A stretch of DNA of 64,000 nucleotides from an uncultured Lactobacillales bacterium (GCA_964369365.1 CAYJES010000004.1:1682-65681), one strand, 5' to 3'. Numbered from the stretch's first letter, positions 16,751-27,288 are shown. A program made the numbers and translations. The notes: generated by a model not told the origin, from the sequence alone.

Positions 16751-19233
16751 ATTTTTTTAATTTTGTCTTTTAGTAAAAGAGATGATTTAAGTGCTATTTT
16801 CTCCAAAGACATATTAATTTTATCAGCAAGATTTTTAGGTAAATTGTTATAAATAGCAAAAAAATCCAATAAGATACATGCAATTTGTGGATTTTTTTTA
16901 TCAACTTCTATCACACAATCTGCAAAAAAATCGTAACCCGAACCATCTTTTTTATGAAACACCAAATTATTACTAGCAAATGAACCAAGCAATGCATAAA
17001 CATTATTAGGATTTGCGAATGAAAAATCTTTATGCTTAACCAACCCCTTTACCCTATCCAATGTATCGGGCAAAGGAGACATCGCAACCCCAGAAAACCA
17101 TTTATTTACAACCAAATGATGCGATTTATATGTTTCGTAAAAATCATTTATAACATCTTCTCTTGCTTTGAAATTTTTACCAGTAATAATCACAAAAGCA
17201 TTTAATTTTTCGCTCATATTCGATTTTTTATAATATGTTTCTACAACTTCGTTTTCATATTCATCAAGGTATGACAGATAGTTCAAGGCCAGCACCCTAA
17301 GCTCTACACTTTTACTTTGCCCCAACCATTCAAAAGATGTTTTTAATTCTTTTGAGATGGTTTTAAGGAAATCTTCCCTTAACAGGAATGCTTTTTCAAA
17401 ATCACGTTCAGCAAACAATTCTGATATCGAAGCAACCGATGGCAATGATAGCATTTTTGCTTTTACCTCATCACTTAAATATTTGCTATTAATAACACTT
17501 TTTATAACCTCTATTCCATTTCCAGCGCCACCATCTTTTATACAATTTAAAATATATTTTTGCATTGCTTTATGTCTTGCAAGCGCTATTTTACTAAACT
17601 TTATGATATTTTTATAATCATCATCACTTTGATGTAAAATTACTTGTACTGGTGCTACAAAATCAGGATTAAGACAAAGTAATGGAGCAGAAGTAATATC
17701 TGTAAATGTAAAAGTTTTATATGAATTATCCAAAACTACATCATAATATTTTTCTTTGCCCTTAACTATCAAAGACAGTGAAAAAGGCATAATTAAGTCT
17801 CTATCCTTATTATGCTCTATGCTCAACCTATATAAATTTTTATCAGCATTGTAATTTTCAGTAATTTTTATATTTATATTACCCACAATATCAAACCACA
17901 ATCCAAATTTATCCATATCTATTTTTGTGAATTTTTGAGCTTCTTTTAAAAGTTCTTGATAAGTTACAGCCTTGCCTTTATATTTCACAAAATAACTTCT
18001 GATTGCTTTATTAAACTTTGCCTCGCCAATTAACGTTTCCAACATTTTAAAAACTTTTGCAGCCTTTTCATAAGTGGTCGAATTATATATACTTCTAACA
18101 TTACTATATTGCTTGGCAACAATTGGATGAGCCAAAGACGATGCATCATACTTAAATTGGTGCCCTATCATAATATTTGATTGGTCAAGTTGTGCACCAT
18201 CTTTATCATAGAATGTTTCTGCATATTTTTGTTCACGGTAAACTGTTAAACCTTCTTTTAAGGCGAGGTTAAACCAATCACGTATCGTTATCTTATTCCC
18301 GCTGTAATTATGGAAATATTCATGAGCCACTATTAAATCAACATTTTTATAATCATTAACAGTTGCCGTTTCTTCGTTAACTAGGATATATTTATCATTA
18401 AATATATTAAGGCCCTTGTTTTCACAAGCTCCACTATTAAAATCTTTAATGGCAACTATATTCATATATTTAAGGTCATATTCACAACCAAAATGATCTT
18501 CATCCCATTTCATTGCCCTTTTCAAACAAGATAACGCATATTTTGCATATTCAGTTTTGCCAGGCTCTACATACACTCCAAGCTTAACCTTTTTCCCTGA
18601 GATAGTTTTAAAACTATCCTTTAATACATCAAACTTGCCCGCTATTATTGCAAACAGATAACAAGATTTACGCGATGGATCATTCCACACTACTTGATGC
18701 CTGCCGTTACCTAAAGATTTCTTTGATTTAAAATTACCATTTGATAATAATACTGGATACTTGCTTTCATCTGCTTCTATTGTTACTGAATACCTAGCCA
18801 TTGCGTCTGGTCTATCTGGGAAATATGTAATTCTTCTGAACCCTTCTGTTTCACATTTCGAACATAAAGTATCAGAAGAAACATAAAGCCCTTGCAAATC
18901 TTTATTTTTTTCAGGTGATATTTCCACCCTAGTTACAAGTTTAAATTCTTTCATCGGACAAAGTAAGGTAAGACCTGTATCATCAATTACATAATCTTTA
19001 CCTTGACGTAATTTTTTCTTATTTATTGTAATGGCAAGCAACCTAAGATTTTCACCATTTAAAAATATTTTTTCTTGCTTGTTATATTTAATGTGAAGTT
19101 CTGTTGTTACAATGGTTTTAACCGCATCAAGGTTAAATTTCATATCGACCTTGGCTATTTTATAATCAAGGGGCTTATAATCATCTAAATATGTAACTTT
19201 TATATTTTTCATAGACTTTTTTCTAGTTATCAA
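16741..19233 (-). CDS. pepN: Aminopeptidase N (M1 family)
   Basis: 830 aa. GACENKGLNIF is a GAMEN-motif variant, and HEYFHNYSGN...WFNLALKEGLT is HExxH-18-E. The start could be MKNIKVTYL at 19212. Confidence 0.9.
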   Translation of the reverse strand: MITRKKSMKNIKVTYLDDYKPLDYKIAKVDMKFNLDAVKTIVTTELHIKYNKQEKIFLNGENLRLLAITINKKKLRQGKDYVIDDTGLTLLCPMKEFKLVTRVEISPEKNKDLQGLYVSSDTLCSKCETEGFRRITYFPDRPDAMARYSVTIEADESKYPVLLSNGNFKSKKSLGNGRHQVVWNDPSRKSCYLFAIIAGKFDVLKDSFKTISGKKVKLGVYVEPGKTEYAKYALSCLKRAMKWDEDHFGCEYDLKYMNIVAIKDFNSGACENKGLNIFNDKYILVNEETATVNDYKNVDLIVAHEYFHNYSGNKITIRDWFNLALKEGLTVYREQKYAETFYDKDGAQLDQSNIMIGHQFKYDASSLAHPIVAKQYSNVRSIYNSTTYEKAAKVFKMLETLIGEAKFNKAIRSYFVKYKGKAVTYQELLKEAQKFTKIDMDKFGLWFDIVGNINIKITENYNADKNLYRLSIEHNKDRDLIMPFSLSLIVKGKEKYYDVVLDNSYKTFTFTDITSAPLLCLNPDFVAPVQVILHQSDDDYKNIIKFSKIALARHKAMQKYILNCIKDGGAGNGIEVIKSVINSKYLSDEVKAKMLSLPSVASISELFAERDFEKAFLLREDFLKTISKELKTSFEWLGQSKSVELRVLALNYLSYLDEYENEVVETYYKKSNMSEKLNAFVIITGKNFKAREDVINDFYETYKSHHLVVNKWFSGVAMSPLPDTLDRVKGLVKHKDFSFANPNNVYALLGSFASNNLVFHKKDGSGYDFFADCVIEVDKKNPQIACILLDFFAIYNNLPKNLADKINMSLEKIALKSSLLLKDKIKKINN

Positions 19234-19247
19234 TTATTTATATAATT

Positions 19248-20201
19248 ATGAAGAAAATAAAAACTTTTACAACAATATTATTAATTTTATTTATTTCGGG
19301 ATGTTTTTTCTCTAATGAAACTATATACCTGACTTCTTCCCGTGCCGGAAAAACACAGATTTATTCACAAAACCAAAACCCTTCTGCCTATCCATCAAAA
19401 GGATATATCACAGTTCAAAAAGGCGATACCGTTTATGGATTATCTCGCAAATATAATGTAGGGCTAAGGAACCTCATCTCCACCAACAATTTAAGGGCAC
19501 CATATAAACTTACCATTGGGCAAAAATTGCGTTTGCCGGCCTCTAATTATCATACGGTTGCAAAGGGCGACACTGTATATAGCATTTCACGCAAATATAA
19601 CGTAAATATGCCATCACTTGTTCGAGGGAATAATTTAAAATCTCCATACACTATTGGCATAGGGCAAAAATTGTGGTTACCTTCATCTGTTGTTGCAAAA
19701 TCTACTAGCTATAAAAAACCAACTACTAGCACAACTAAATCCACTAGCAATACCACTAGGTCAAAAACAACTAAAAAGCCTGCAAAAAAACCAGTAGTGT
19801 ACAATGCCCCAAACCGCAGTGGATTTTATTTTGCATGGCCTATCGATGGCAAAATCATCACTCCTTATGGTTCTGTGGGCAAAGGAATGCACAACGACGG
19901 CATTAACATTGCGGGCAAACCAAATCAAAAAGTACTGGCGTCTGAAAATGGTGTCGTTGCTTATACGGGTAATGAAATCGCAGGATACGGCAACTTACTT
20001 TTAATAAAACATGCAGAAGGTTGGATGAGCGCCTATGCCCATAACGAAAAAATACTGGTTAAGAAGGGGCAAAAAGTAACAAAAAAACAACCTATTGCTA
20101 TTGTTGGCAAAACCGGTAATGTTGCAACTCATCAACTACACTTTGAGTTAAGGAGAGATTCAAAACCTATCAACCCTATTTCATATCTTGAAAAGAAATA
20201 A
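19248..20201 (+). CDS. nlpD: LysM/M23 peptidase-family lipoprotein (NlpD-like murein hydrolase activator)
   Basis: 317 aa. Lipobox LFISGC, two LysM repeats (VQKGDTVYGLSRKYNV, VAKGDTVYSISRKYNV), and a C-terminal M23 domain GNLLLIKHAEGWMSAYAHN...GKTGNVATHQLHFELR. Confidence 0.85.
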   Translation: MKKIKTFTTILLILFISGCFFSNETIYLTSSRAGKTQIYSQNQNPSAYPSKGYITVQKGDTVYGLSRKYNVGLRNLISTNNLRAPYKLTIGQKLRLPASNYHTVAKGDTVYSISRKYNVNMPSLVRGNNLKSPYTIGIGQKLWLPSSVVAKSTSYKKPTTSTTKSTSNTTRSKTTKKPAKKPVVYNAPNRSGFYFAWPIDGKIITPYGSVGKGMHNDGINIAGKPNQKVLASENGVVAYTGNEIAGYGNLLLIKHAEGWMSAYAHNEKILVKKGQKVTKKQPIAIVGKTGNVATHQLHFELRRDSKPINPISYLEKK

Positions 20202-20202
20202 A

Positions 20203-20230
20203 AAAAGAGGCAAAAAAAGCCTCTTTTCTT
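20203..20230. terminator. Bidirectional intrinsic terminator between convergent genes
   Basis: AGAGGC-AAAAAAAA-GCCTCT, flanked by an A-run and a T-run. Confidence 0.7.
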
Positions 20231-20253
20231 ATAATTCATTGCCATATTAACAA

Positions 20254-21114
20254 TTACGCTCTAGTATTTACTATATTAAGAGCAACTGTTGCTTTTAATA
20301 AATCATCTTTTGAAACCATTGGCGAAATCATATTTGTGATAACAGCATTAATAAGATTACGTTCTGCTGGCGAATGCATGCTATGACCTGATTCAGGCAA
20401 CATATAAAGTGAAACATTATCAGAAGTCAAAGCTTTTGCGATCCTTGGCGCCTTTGTAGGAGAAACCATTTGGTCCTTTTCCCCATGAATAATAGCCACA
20501 GGACCGTTATAATTGATTGGTCCACGTAAAACAGAATTTTTATCACAATCTTCAAGATATTTCATAGTATAAACCACTGGCAAAGCAGGAGATGCAAGTG
20601 TACCATCACAATCAATTTCTTTCACACCAAGAGCTGCTCTCATTTGTGGATTATTTATTACGAAATCAACTTCTTCTTGATGATCAGGAGCACCACTTAG
20701 CGTAACCATGCCTTTTACTTTATCCCCAACAGCATCAAGTGATTTAATTAAAGGCCAAGCACCCATACTACTTGCAACAGCTACCACATTTTTATCAAAA
20801 ACTTTTATAGCAGAAATAACATCATTAGTAGCAGAAGTCATGTTGAAATCTTTTTCATAAACACCTTCTGACTTACCGTGGCTGTTCATATCAATTGCAA
20901 TATAACCAACCCCTAATTTACTTGCCAACATTTGCATATTCCCAGCATTTGTAAGCTGACCATTATGCAAAGGATTTTTACCAGAAGCAGTTCCATGAAG
21001 AAACAAAATATATGGTTCTTTCCCTTCCATAATATCATAAGAAAGTCTGTGTCCAGATGAACTTTTAATAAATCCTGATCTAATTTCGTTTGTCATATTT
21101 ATATTACCTTTCAA
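20254..21114 (-). CDS. Alpha/beta-fold hydrolase
   Basis: 286 aa. HGTASGK, nucleophile-elbow-like VASSMGAW, IIHGEKDQMV and SGHSMH are in the order expected for an alpha/beta hydrolase triad. Confidence 0.6.
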   Translation of the reverse strand: MKGNINMTNEIRSGFIKSSSGHRLSYDIMEGKEPYILFLHGTASGKNPLHNGQLTNAGNMQMLASKLGVGYIAIDMNSHGKSEGVYEKDFNMTSATNDVISAIKVFDKNVVAVASSMGAWPLIKSLDAVGDKVKGMVTLSGAPDHQEEVDFVINNPQMRAALGVKEIDCDGTLASPALPVVYTMKYLEDCDKNSVLRGPINYNGPVAIIHGEKDQMVSPTKAPRIAKALTSDNVSLYMLPESGHSMHSPAERNLINAVITNMISPMVSKDDLLKATVALNIVNTRA

Positions 21115-21347
21115 TAATTTAATTTGAGTATTTTTACTTTTAACTTAAATACACAACAAATATACACTAAAACAATATTTTTGTCAACATATTATTATAT
21201 TTATTTTTCAAACTATTTTCTAATAATACAACATAACCTATAAATAATTATTTTGAAAATTAAATCAAAAAATGATATATATAATCAACTATAAAATGAT
21301 TAAATTCATTTTAAATCAAACAACAATTAAACTTAGGATTTAAATTC

Positions 21348-22103
21348 GTGAAAAAAACAAATGTAGGAATCATTGGATGTGGCTTTATTGGTGGATCATT
21401 AAAAACTTGGCTAGAAGAACACAACGACGAATGCAACATATTGGTTTCAGATCCTCCCAAAGGATATAATGATGACATGGCAACTGCTGATATAATATTT
21501 ATTAGCATCCATATTCCAACTGAAAAAGACAACATTCAAGATTTGTCTCTTCTTAAGGATATTATAAAAAAATTACCGGACAAGCCTATTTTCATCAGAA
21601 CTACTATTACTCCTGGCACTACAGATTTGCTTAGAAATGAAACAGGAAAAGACATTAATTTTATGCCTGAATTTTTGACCCAAAGAACAGCTTATCAAGA
21701 TTTTTGCACACAACCAATGATTTTTACTGGACATGTCGATTTATTAAAAAGAATATTTAAAACTAAGAAATTCATAGTAACCACATCATTGGAGGCTGAA
21801 ATTTCAAAATACGCTCATAATGTATTTGGAGCATTAAAAGTAACCTACTTTAATGGTATTTACGAATTATGCCAAAAACAAAAGATTAACTATGAAAATG
21901 TCCGCCAAGGTTTACTTTTAAGTGAATATATAAATGACACTCATACAAATGTTCCTGGCCCAGATGGCAAACTTGGATATGGAGGAAAATGCTTTCCTAA
22001 AGATGTGGATGCATTTACATTTTTCTGCCAAAACGATCCTATTTTCAATCTTTTGAAAGAGTTAAAACCGTTGAACACAATATTTAGAAATGATAGCGAA
22101 TAG
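21348..22103 (+). CDS. Short UDP-glucose/GDP-mannose dehydrogenase-family protein lacking the C-terminal domain
   Basis: 251 aa, GTG start. Rossmann NVGIIGCGFIGGS, central-domain ISKYAHNVFGALKVTYFNGIYELC, and catalytic-Cys motif GYGGKCFPKDVDAF. Ends about 30 aa after the catalytic Cys. Confidence 0.5.
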   Translation: MKKTNVGIIGCGFIGGSLKTWLEEHNDECNILVSDPPKGYNDDMATADIIFISIHIPTEKDNIQDLSLLKDIIKKLPDKPIFIRTTITPGTTDLLRNETGKDINFMPEFLTQRTAYQDFCTQPMIFTGHVDLLKRIFKTKKFIVTTSLEAEISKYAHNVFGALKVTYFNGIYELCQKQKINYENVRQGLLLSEYINDTHTNVPGPDGKLGYGGKCFPKDVDAFTFFCQNDPIFNLLKELKPLNTIFRNDSE

Positions 22104-22109
22104 TTATAA

Positions 22110-22685
22110 TTACATACTAGATATTTTCTTAGCAATTATCCCAGACAATTTATAAACCAGCTCACTTTGGCTTTCTACATAATCATGATAAGTAAGACCA
22201 ACATCAGTTTCAAGTGTGATATTATCAAATGAAACAACTTTATCACGACGATTAATTATGCTCCACCACACACGCAGCTCTGATTTTTCGCCTAATCTGC
22301 CATCCATTCTATCAACATTAATCACAACCTTATAATCGGGATTTATCCCACCCATTGAAACAGGTTTAATCTTAGCATTAGGGAGATATGATGACATATT
22401 TTCAGCAACAACACGTTGTAATGAAGTTCTTAATGCCTCAAGCCATCTATTAAATTCAGACATATCATATTCAATATCACTAAGTCCTTTTGTTACAATT
22501 TGTGGTCTATCAATATATCCAGGGATAGTAACATCCACACTTATTTTTGAGCTATTTTTACTAACAGGTTGTACATCTTCATTTTCAATAGAAGTCAACA
22601 AATAAAAACTAGAAGGTGCAGTATTGCCATCAATTACACAACCGCCAAGCCCTATTAACAACACAAATAAAACAAATTTTTTCAT
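22110..22685 (-). CDS. ABC-transport auxiliary lipoprotein (DUF330 / PqiC-like)
   Basis: 191 aa. Lipobox LIGLGGC. Sits immediately after an MCE protein in the Mla-like operon. Confidence 0.65.
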   Translation of the reverse strand: MKKFVLFVLLIGLGGCVIDGNTAPSSFYLLTSIENEDVQPVSKNSSKISVDVTIPGYIDRPQIVTKGLSDIEYDMSEFNRWLEALRTSLQRVVAENMSSYLPNAKIKPVSMGGINPDYKVVINVDRMDGRLGEKSELRVWWSIINRRDKVVSFDNITLETDVGLTYHDYVESQSELVYKLSGIIAKKISSM

Positions 22686-23470
22686 TAATAATTTCCTTTC
22701 CCTTTGCCCAGCAATAACGCTTGTGGGTTACGTTCTATATAATCCGCAAAATTACGCAAAGACCTTGCAGCTCTGCTGATGTTTTGCGCAGCTTTATTAA
22801 GGTTAGCAACCAAACTATTACCCCCACCTACAACTGATGAAGGATTATTTAATTCAACCGAAAACTTAGCCACTTGCTCCAAAATAACAGGAGCATTAGT
22901 ATTCAATGTTTCAAGCAATGTATCAAATTTACGAACAATCTCTCCAAGCGGAAGGTTTTGAATATCTTTAGTAAGTGCACCTAGTTGAGATAACACTGTT
23001 GGAATTTCAAGATATTCAATAGCATCATCATCTTTTCTGAATACTGCTGGGGCTTCTTTATCAAATTCCAATTCAATCATCAATTGCCCAGTCAACATAT
23101 TTTGCGAGGTAAGCTTAGCCCGTAGTCCATTTTTAATCAAATAATCCAAGATATAAACAGTGGTTTTATTTTCAAATTCCTTCCTATCATAAAATGAAGT
23201 TAATTCTGCTACTACTGGAATTTTAAATCCGCCATCTTTCATACTAACATCCAAAGAAATGCTTGTAACTTTTCCTATCGCAACACCATTCAAAACAACC
23301 GGCGAACCCACATTTAATCCTTTTACAGATTCTTCAAAATAAAAAACAACAAGTTCTGATTTATTCACAAACAACTTGTCACCAACCGCATACCCAAGTA
23401 TCGCAAGAAAGAACACTATTCCTGCCAATGTAAAAAGCCCTATTTTTCTGGCATCAGGAGTTTTTCTCAT
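22685..23470 (-). CDS. MCE / MlaD-family substrate-binding protein
   Basis: 261 aa. N-terminal TM helix, MCE core VVFYFEESVKGLNVGSPVVLNGVAIGKVTSISL, helical C-terminus. Confidence 0.8.
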   Translation of the reverse strand: MRKTPDARKIGLFTLAGIVFFLAILGYAVGDKLFVNKSELVVFYFEESVKGLNVGSPVVLNGVAIGKVTSISLDVSMKDGGFKIPVVAELTSFYDRKEFENKTTVYILDYLIKNGLRAKLTSQNMLTGQLMIELEFDKEAPAVFRKDDDAIEYLEIPTVLSQLGALTKDIQNLPLGEIVRKFDTLLETLNTNAPVILEQVAKFSVELNNPSSVVGGGNSLVANLNKAAQNISRAARSLRNFADYIERNPQALLLGKGKGNY

Positions 23471-24222
23471 TATCCATTTCCTCTAGTTAAAAATTTATAT
23501 ACCGTTTCATTTGGTGGATTTTTCAAAAGTTCATTAGGATTACCAAAACCTATGCCTGTTTTTGTATCCACGTCTAAGAATATCGAATTATTTCCAATCG
23601 CAAAAATCGAAGCTAGTTCATGCGTAACCACTACAATTGTTGTTCCCAAGCTTTGATTTATTTCTAATATCAAATCATCTAACCTTTTTGCGCTTATAGG
23701 ATCAAGGCCTGCTGATGGTTCGTCAAAATACACAATTTCAGGATCCAAAGCCAAAGCCCTGGCAAGACCTGCTCTTTTTTTCATACCTCCACTTATTTCC
23801 GATGGATAAAAATCTTCATACCCGCTCAGCCCGACTAACGCCAACTTCAAGCTTGAAATCTCATCTATTTCTTTATCACTATAATCGGTATATTGAGCCA
23901 AAGGCAAAGCAACATTTTCCGCCAAAGTCATAGAGCTAAACAAAGCCCCACTTTGATACAAAATCCCATTACCTTGCATTATTTCGTTTTGTTTTACCTT
24001 GTCTGCGCGCCAAAAATCAACTCCATTAATTAAAACCTCTCCTTTTAAAGGCTCTTTAAGACCTGTTAAAACCTTTAAAAGTGTACTTTTTCCACCACCA
24101 CTTGCTGCCATTATAATAAAAACATCGCCTTTATTAACTGAAAAATTAACATCTCTCATGATAATGTTATCACCGTAAGCTATGGTTAAATCGCTGACTT
24201 TTATTACTGGATTATTCATCAT
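23470..24222 (-). CDS. mlaF: MlaF-like ABC ATPase
   Basis: ORF trimmed to MMNNPVIKV (ATG 24222, ATGA overlap with the mlaE stop). Walker A AASGGGKST, signature ISGGMKKRAGLARAL, Walker B IVYFDEPSAGLDP. Confidence 0.85.
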   Translation of the reverse strand: MMNNPVIKVSDLTIAYGDNIIMRDVNFSVNKGDVFIIMAASGGGKSTLLKVLTGLKEPLKGEVLINGVDFWRADKVKQNEIMQGNGILYQSGALFSSMTLAENVALPLAQYTDYSDKEIDEISSLKLALVGLSGYEDFYPSEISGGMKKRAGLARALALDPEIVYFDEPSAGLDPISAKRLDDLILEINQSLGTTIVVVTHELASIFAIGNNSIFLDVDTKTGIGFGNPNELLKNPPNETVYKFLTRGNG

Positions 24223-25331
24223 ATTCCCACCACCTGAAATATCAATGTTAGAATAGCCGTTGTAATAATGATCCAAACAATAGAAGCAACAACAGCACTG
24301 GTAGCAGCCTTTCCCACACTATCTGCATCTTTACCGCTTTTTATACCGTAATAACAACCGCAAAGTGCGATAACAACACCAAACACAGCTCCATATAAAA
24401 TTCCAATTAAGAAATGCGTAGCCGTCAAAGTCGTAACCGAATAATTCCAATATTCCCCAGGCGCCAAATCCAACATAAAAATACCAACAAATGCGCCACC
24501 TAAAACCCCCATAACATCAGCAAATACGGTAAGTATCGGCATAGTAATGATTAAGGCTAACATCCTAGGCAACAATAAAAAATCAATAACATTAATTCCC
24601 ATTGTTTTAAGTGCGTCAATTTCTTCATTAACTTGCATAGTCCCGATAGTAGCAGCATAAGCAGACCCAGTCCGACCCGCCATTATTATACCAGTCATAA
24701 CCGCACCCATAACCCTAGTCATCGCAATCATAACCAAACTTGCCACAAAAATTTCAGCCCCGAATAATTTCAGTTGCATTGCTCCCACAAATCCAAATAT
24801 TACCCCAACCATGAAACAAATTAATGATACAATGCCAAATGCCTTAAAACTGCAATCTTCTAGGGCGAAAAGAAAATCCAATTTCCTCATAATAGCTCTT
24901 CCTAAAAACAAACGTTTAAGCGAACTTACAACCGTTCTTAAAAACCTTGCCCCAGACATGAAGGCGTCATTTGTCTTTATCATTCCCATACCAAGGTTAT
25001 TAATAAAAGGTAATTTTTCTTGTTTTTTTATTTCTGGATTTCGATTATCGGCAAAGGCTAAATCAAGCAATCGCTTAGCGCCATTTGGAATTTGAGATTT
25101 TATTTCAATTTTTTTATTTTTGCATAATTTGCATATTTCAAACAAAAATACAATAAAAGATATATCCCAATTCTGAGAGGAACTTGCATCAATTTCTATT
25201 TTTTTTATTTTATTTTTTTTGATTAATTCAAATACTTCATCATTATTACTATCGTTTTTTGATGACACCAAGTCACCTAAAAAAACAATTTTTAAAGTAT
25301 CTATATCATTTAAATTACAATTAAATTGCAA
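24219..25331 (-). CDS. mlaE: MlaE-family ABC permease with an N-terminal STAS-like extension
   Basis: 370 aa. C-terminal ~260 aa polytopic with EEIDALKTMGINVIDFLLLPR, typical of MlaE. About 110 soluble N-terminal residues. Confidence 0.8.
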   Translation of the reverse strand: MQFNCNLNDIDTLKIVFLGDLVSSKNDSNNDEVFELIKKNKIKKIEIDASSSQNWDISFIVFLFEICKLCKNKKIEIKSQIPNGAKRLLDLAFADNRNPEIKKQEKLPFINNLGMGMIKTNDAFMSGARFLRTVVSSLKRLFLGRAIMRKLDFLFALEDCSFKAFGIVSLICFMVGVIFGFVGAMQLKLFGAEIFVASLVMIAMTRVMGAVMTGIIMAGRTGSAYAATIGTMQVNEEIDALKTMGINVIDFLLLPRMLALIITMPILTVFADVMGVLGGAFVGIFMLDLAPGEYWNYSVTTLTATHFLIGILYGAVFGVVIALCGCYYGIKSGKDADSVGKAATSAVVASIVWIIITTAILTLIFQVVGI

Positions 25332-25401
25332 GAATAAGCACTCCTAAACCCTATATAAAGATACAAGATTTCATAAAAAAAATAAAGAACTTTTATTTTA
25401 A

Positions 25402-26250
25402 TTATTCCATGTGCAGTTCAACATTTTTGTATGGCAAATTATGTTTTATCAACAATAATCTTATATGCTTTTCAAACAAATCCGATTGTTCTTTTGTAAA
25501 TCCCATAAAATCATTTTCATCTATATGATAAAAACTTATAAACCTATTATTTTCGATATCTCTATAACGTTTCATAAAATGAAACCAATTGATATTTTCC
25601 AAAAGAACTAGTTTCAAATCTTTATTTGCTAAATCAATTGTTTCTGCAAGAAAGCTATTATTAAAACCTTTTATATTTTTTCTTTTAATAATAAAATGGT
25701 CATGATATTTACCTATTATAGGCACATTACGATATAAATAAAATTTATCATGATATGCAAATGAATTATAACCTTGCATCGCATAATAATATTCTGTTTC
25801 ATCATTTTCGTTTTTTCGTATTTCATCAAATGTTTTTTCAAGATTTTCTTTTATATATATTTGGTCGCCGTCAATTATGGTAACGTATTCTTCTGGTTTA
25901 AAAAACTTTAATCCAAAATTATAATATTCAGAAAATGAAAATTGTTTAGGCAAATGACCCGATATTACTTCTTTTTGATGAATAACATATGGATAACCAT
26001 GAATTTCACAATTTTTTTGATTTGCACACCATTTTTTAGCATATGCAATAGAACCGTCGTCCTCTTCGATTGAATGAATCATAACAATATGATCAAAAAC
26101 CCCCTCTATACTTTCCAACATAGCAGGCAAGGTTTTCATTTCATTTTTAAAACGAATAAATGCTGCAAATTTAACATTTGATGCCGGCATAAAAACCGGC
26201 ATCAAACAAACGACTAACAATAAAAAAATTATAGTATAGTATTTTTTCAT
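25402..26250 (-). CDS. CgtA-like glycosyltransferase, paralogue 2
   Basis: 282 aa. FAAFIRFKNEMKTLPAMLESIEGVFDHIVMIHSIEEDDGSIAYAKKWCANQKNCEIHGYPYV and YVTIIDGDQIY. Highly similar to 14151..14996 over the whole length. Confidence 0.55.
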   Translation of the reverse strand: MKKYYTIIFLLLVVCLMPVFMPASNVKFAAFIRFKNEMKTLPAMLESIEGVFDHIVMIHSIEEDDGSIAYAKKWCANQKNCEIHGYPYVIHQKEVISGHLPKQFSFSEYYNFGLKFFKPEEYVTIIDGDQIYIKENLEKTFDEIRKNENDETEYYYAMQGYNSFAYHDKFYLYRNVPIIGKYHDHFIIKRKNIKGFNNSFLAETIDLANKDLKLVLLENINWFHFMKRYRDIENNRFISFYHIDENDFMGFTKEQSDLFEKHIRLLLIKHNLPYKNVELHME

Positions 26251-26272
26251 AAAAATTTATACGACCATTGAA

Positions 26273-27217
26273 TTAATGGACCATTCGACAAATACATCCG
26301 AATTTATAATCATTCCATTTTTCGCCATATGCTATATCATCATTAACAAATTCGCCATTATAATAATAACGCTGAACCCAATCGCAAGAACCATAATCTC
26401 CGGTATATTCAAGATCATAACAATCTTTCCAACCATCAATACCAGGTATAAAAGGAGTTGGCCCTGGTTCTTCTATACATGCCTCATGGGTTGGATTTTC
26501 TTCACAAAAAGCATCTTCATTATACGCTATTTCTGTTTCTTTCGGACATACTGGCAAACCTGGATAACCACAAGTTGGTTTTGTGGATACTTCACTACCA
26601 CCTTTTACAAATTCTTTATTAGCAGCAAAAGAAAAATTTATAATTGCTCCTACATTTTCATCGGTATATACTGATGCACATGTATCAGTAGCCTCGGTTA
26701 TTGTAAAAGACCTTTTAGCAGGAAGGTCGCCAACATTTATACCATTAAAATCTTTACCAAATTTCCAATCATGGGTTAACAAACCAACACATATCGCCTC
26801 TGGCATATATGCAACTGACACCCCCATGCCGCTTGCCAATTCAACAATATTAGAGTCCATATCTTGTTCAGTTTTTGCAAATTCACTCACACCCATAATA
26901 TAAGGAGGATCAATTTCGCTTTTTTCGATAATTTGTGCAGATGGGGAATTTGCATTACCTTGCAACATTTCATTAAATCTTGTGTCGCTATAATACTTTC
27001 CTAAACCATTATAAAATCCTTGTTTTTTATATATTTCTTTTGTGTCATTGGCTAAGGTATAAATAGAATCAATGGTTTTACCCAACCTATATTTTTCCAT
27101 TGCAAGAGTGTATCCAGCATAACCACCAACCGATATAATACCAACAATCGCCAACACTGACAACATTTCGACCATTGAACGACCACTTTGATTTCGTTTT
27201 ATATTTTTACTTTTCAT
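26273..27217 (-). CDS. Prepilin-like protein (type IV pilin / pseudopilin N-terminus) with a large Cys-rich C-terminal domain
   Basis: ORF trimmed to MKSKNIKRNQSGRSMVEMLSVLAIVGIISVGGYAGY (ATG 27217, AAAGGA upstream). Gly followed by Glu at +5 and a hydrophobic helix gives class III signal-peptide geometry. The C-terminal ~100 aa holds 11 Cys. Confidence 0.5.
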   Translation of the reverse strand: MKSKNIKRNQSGRSMVEMLSVLAIVGIISVGGYAGYTLAMEKYRLGKTIDSIYTLANDTKEIYKKQGFYNGLGKYYSDTRFNEMLQGNANSPSAQIIEKSEIDPPYIMGVSEFAKTEQDMDSNIVELASGMGVSVAYMPEAICVGLLTHDWKFGKDFNGINVGDLPAKRSFTITEATDTCASVYTDENVGAIINFSFAANKEFVKGGSEVSTKPTCGYPGLPVCPKETEIAYNEDAFCEENPTHEACIEEPGPTPFIPGIDGWKDCYDLEYTGDYGSCDWVQRYYYNGEFVNDDIAYGEKWNDYKFGCICRMVH

Positions 27218-27288
27218 TAAATATTCCTTTTCTAAACAATAACCATTTATAACAGATATAAAACATTCTGGCAATTATTTTTTTCCAT

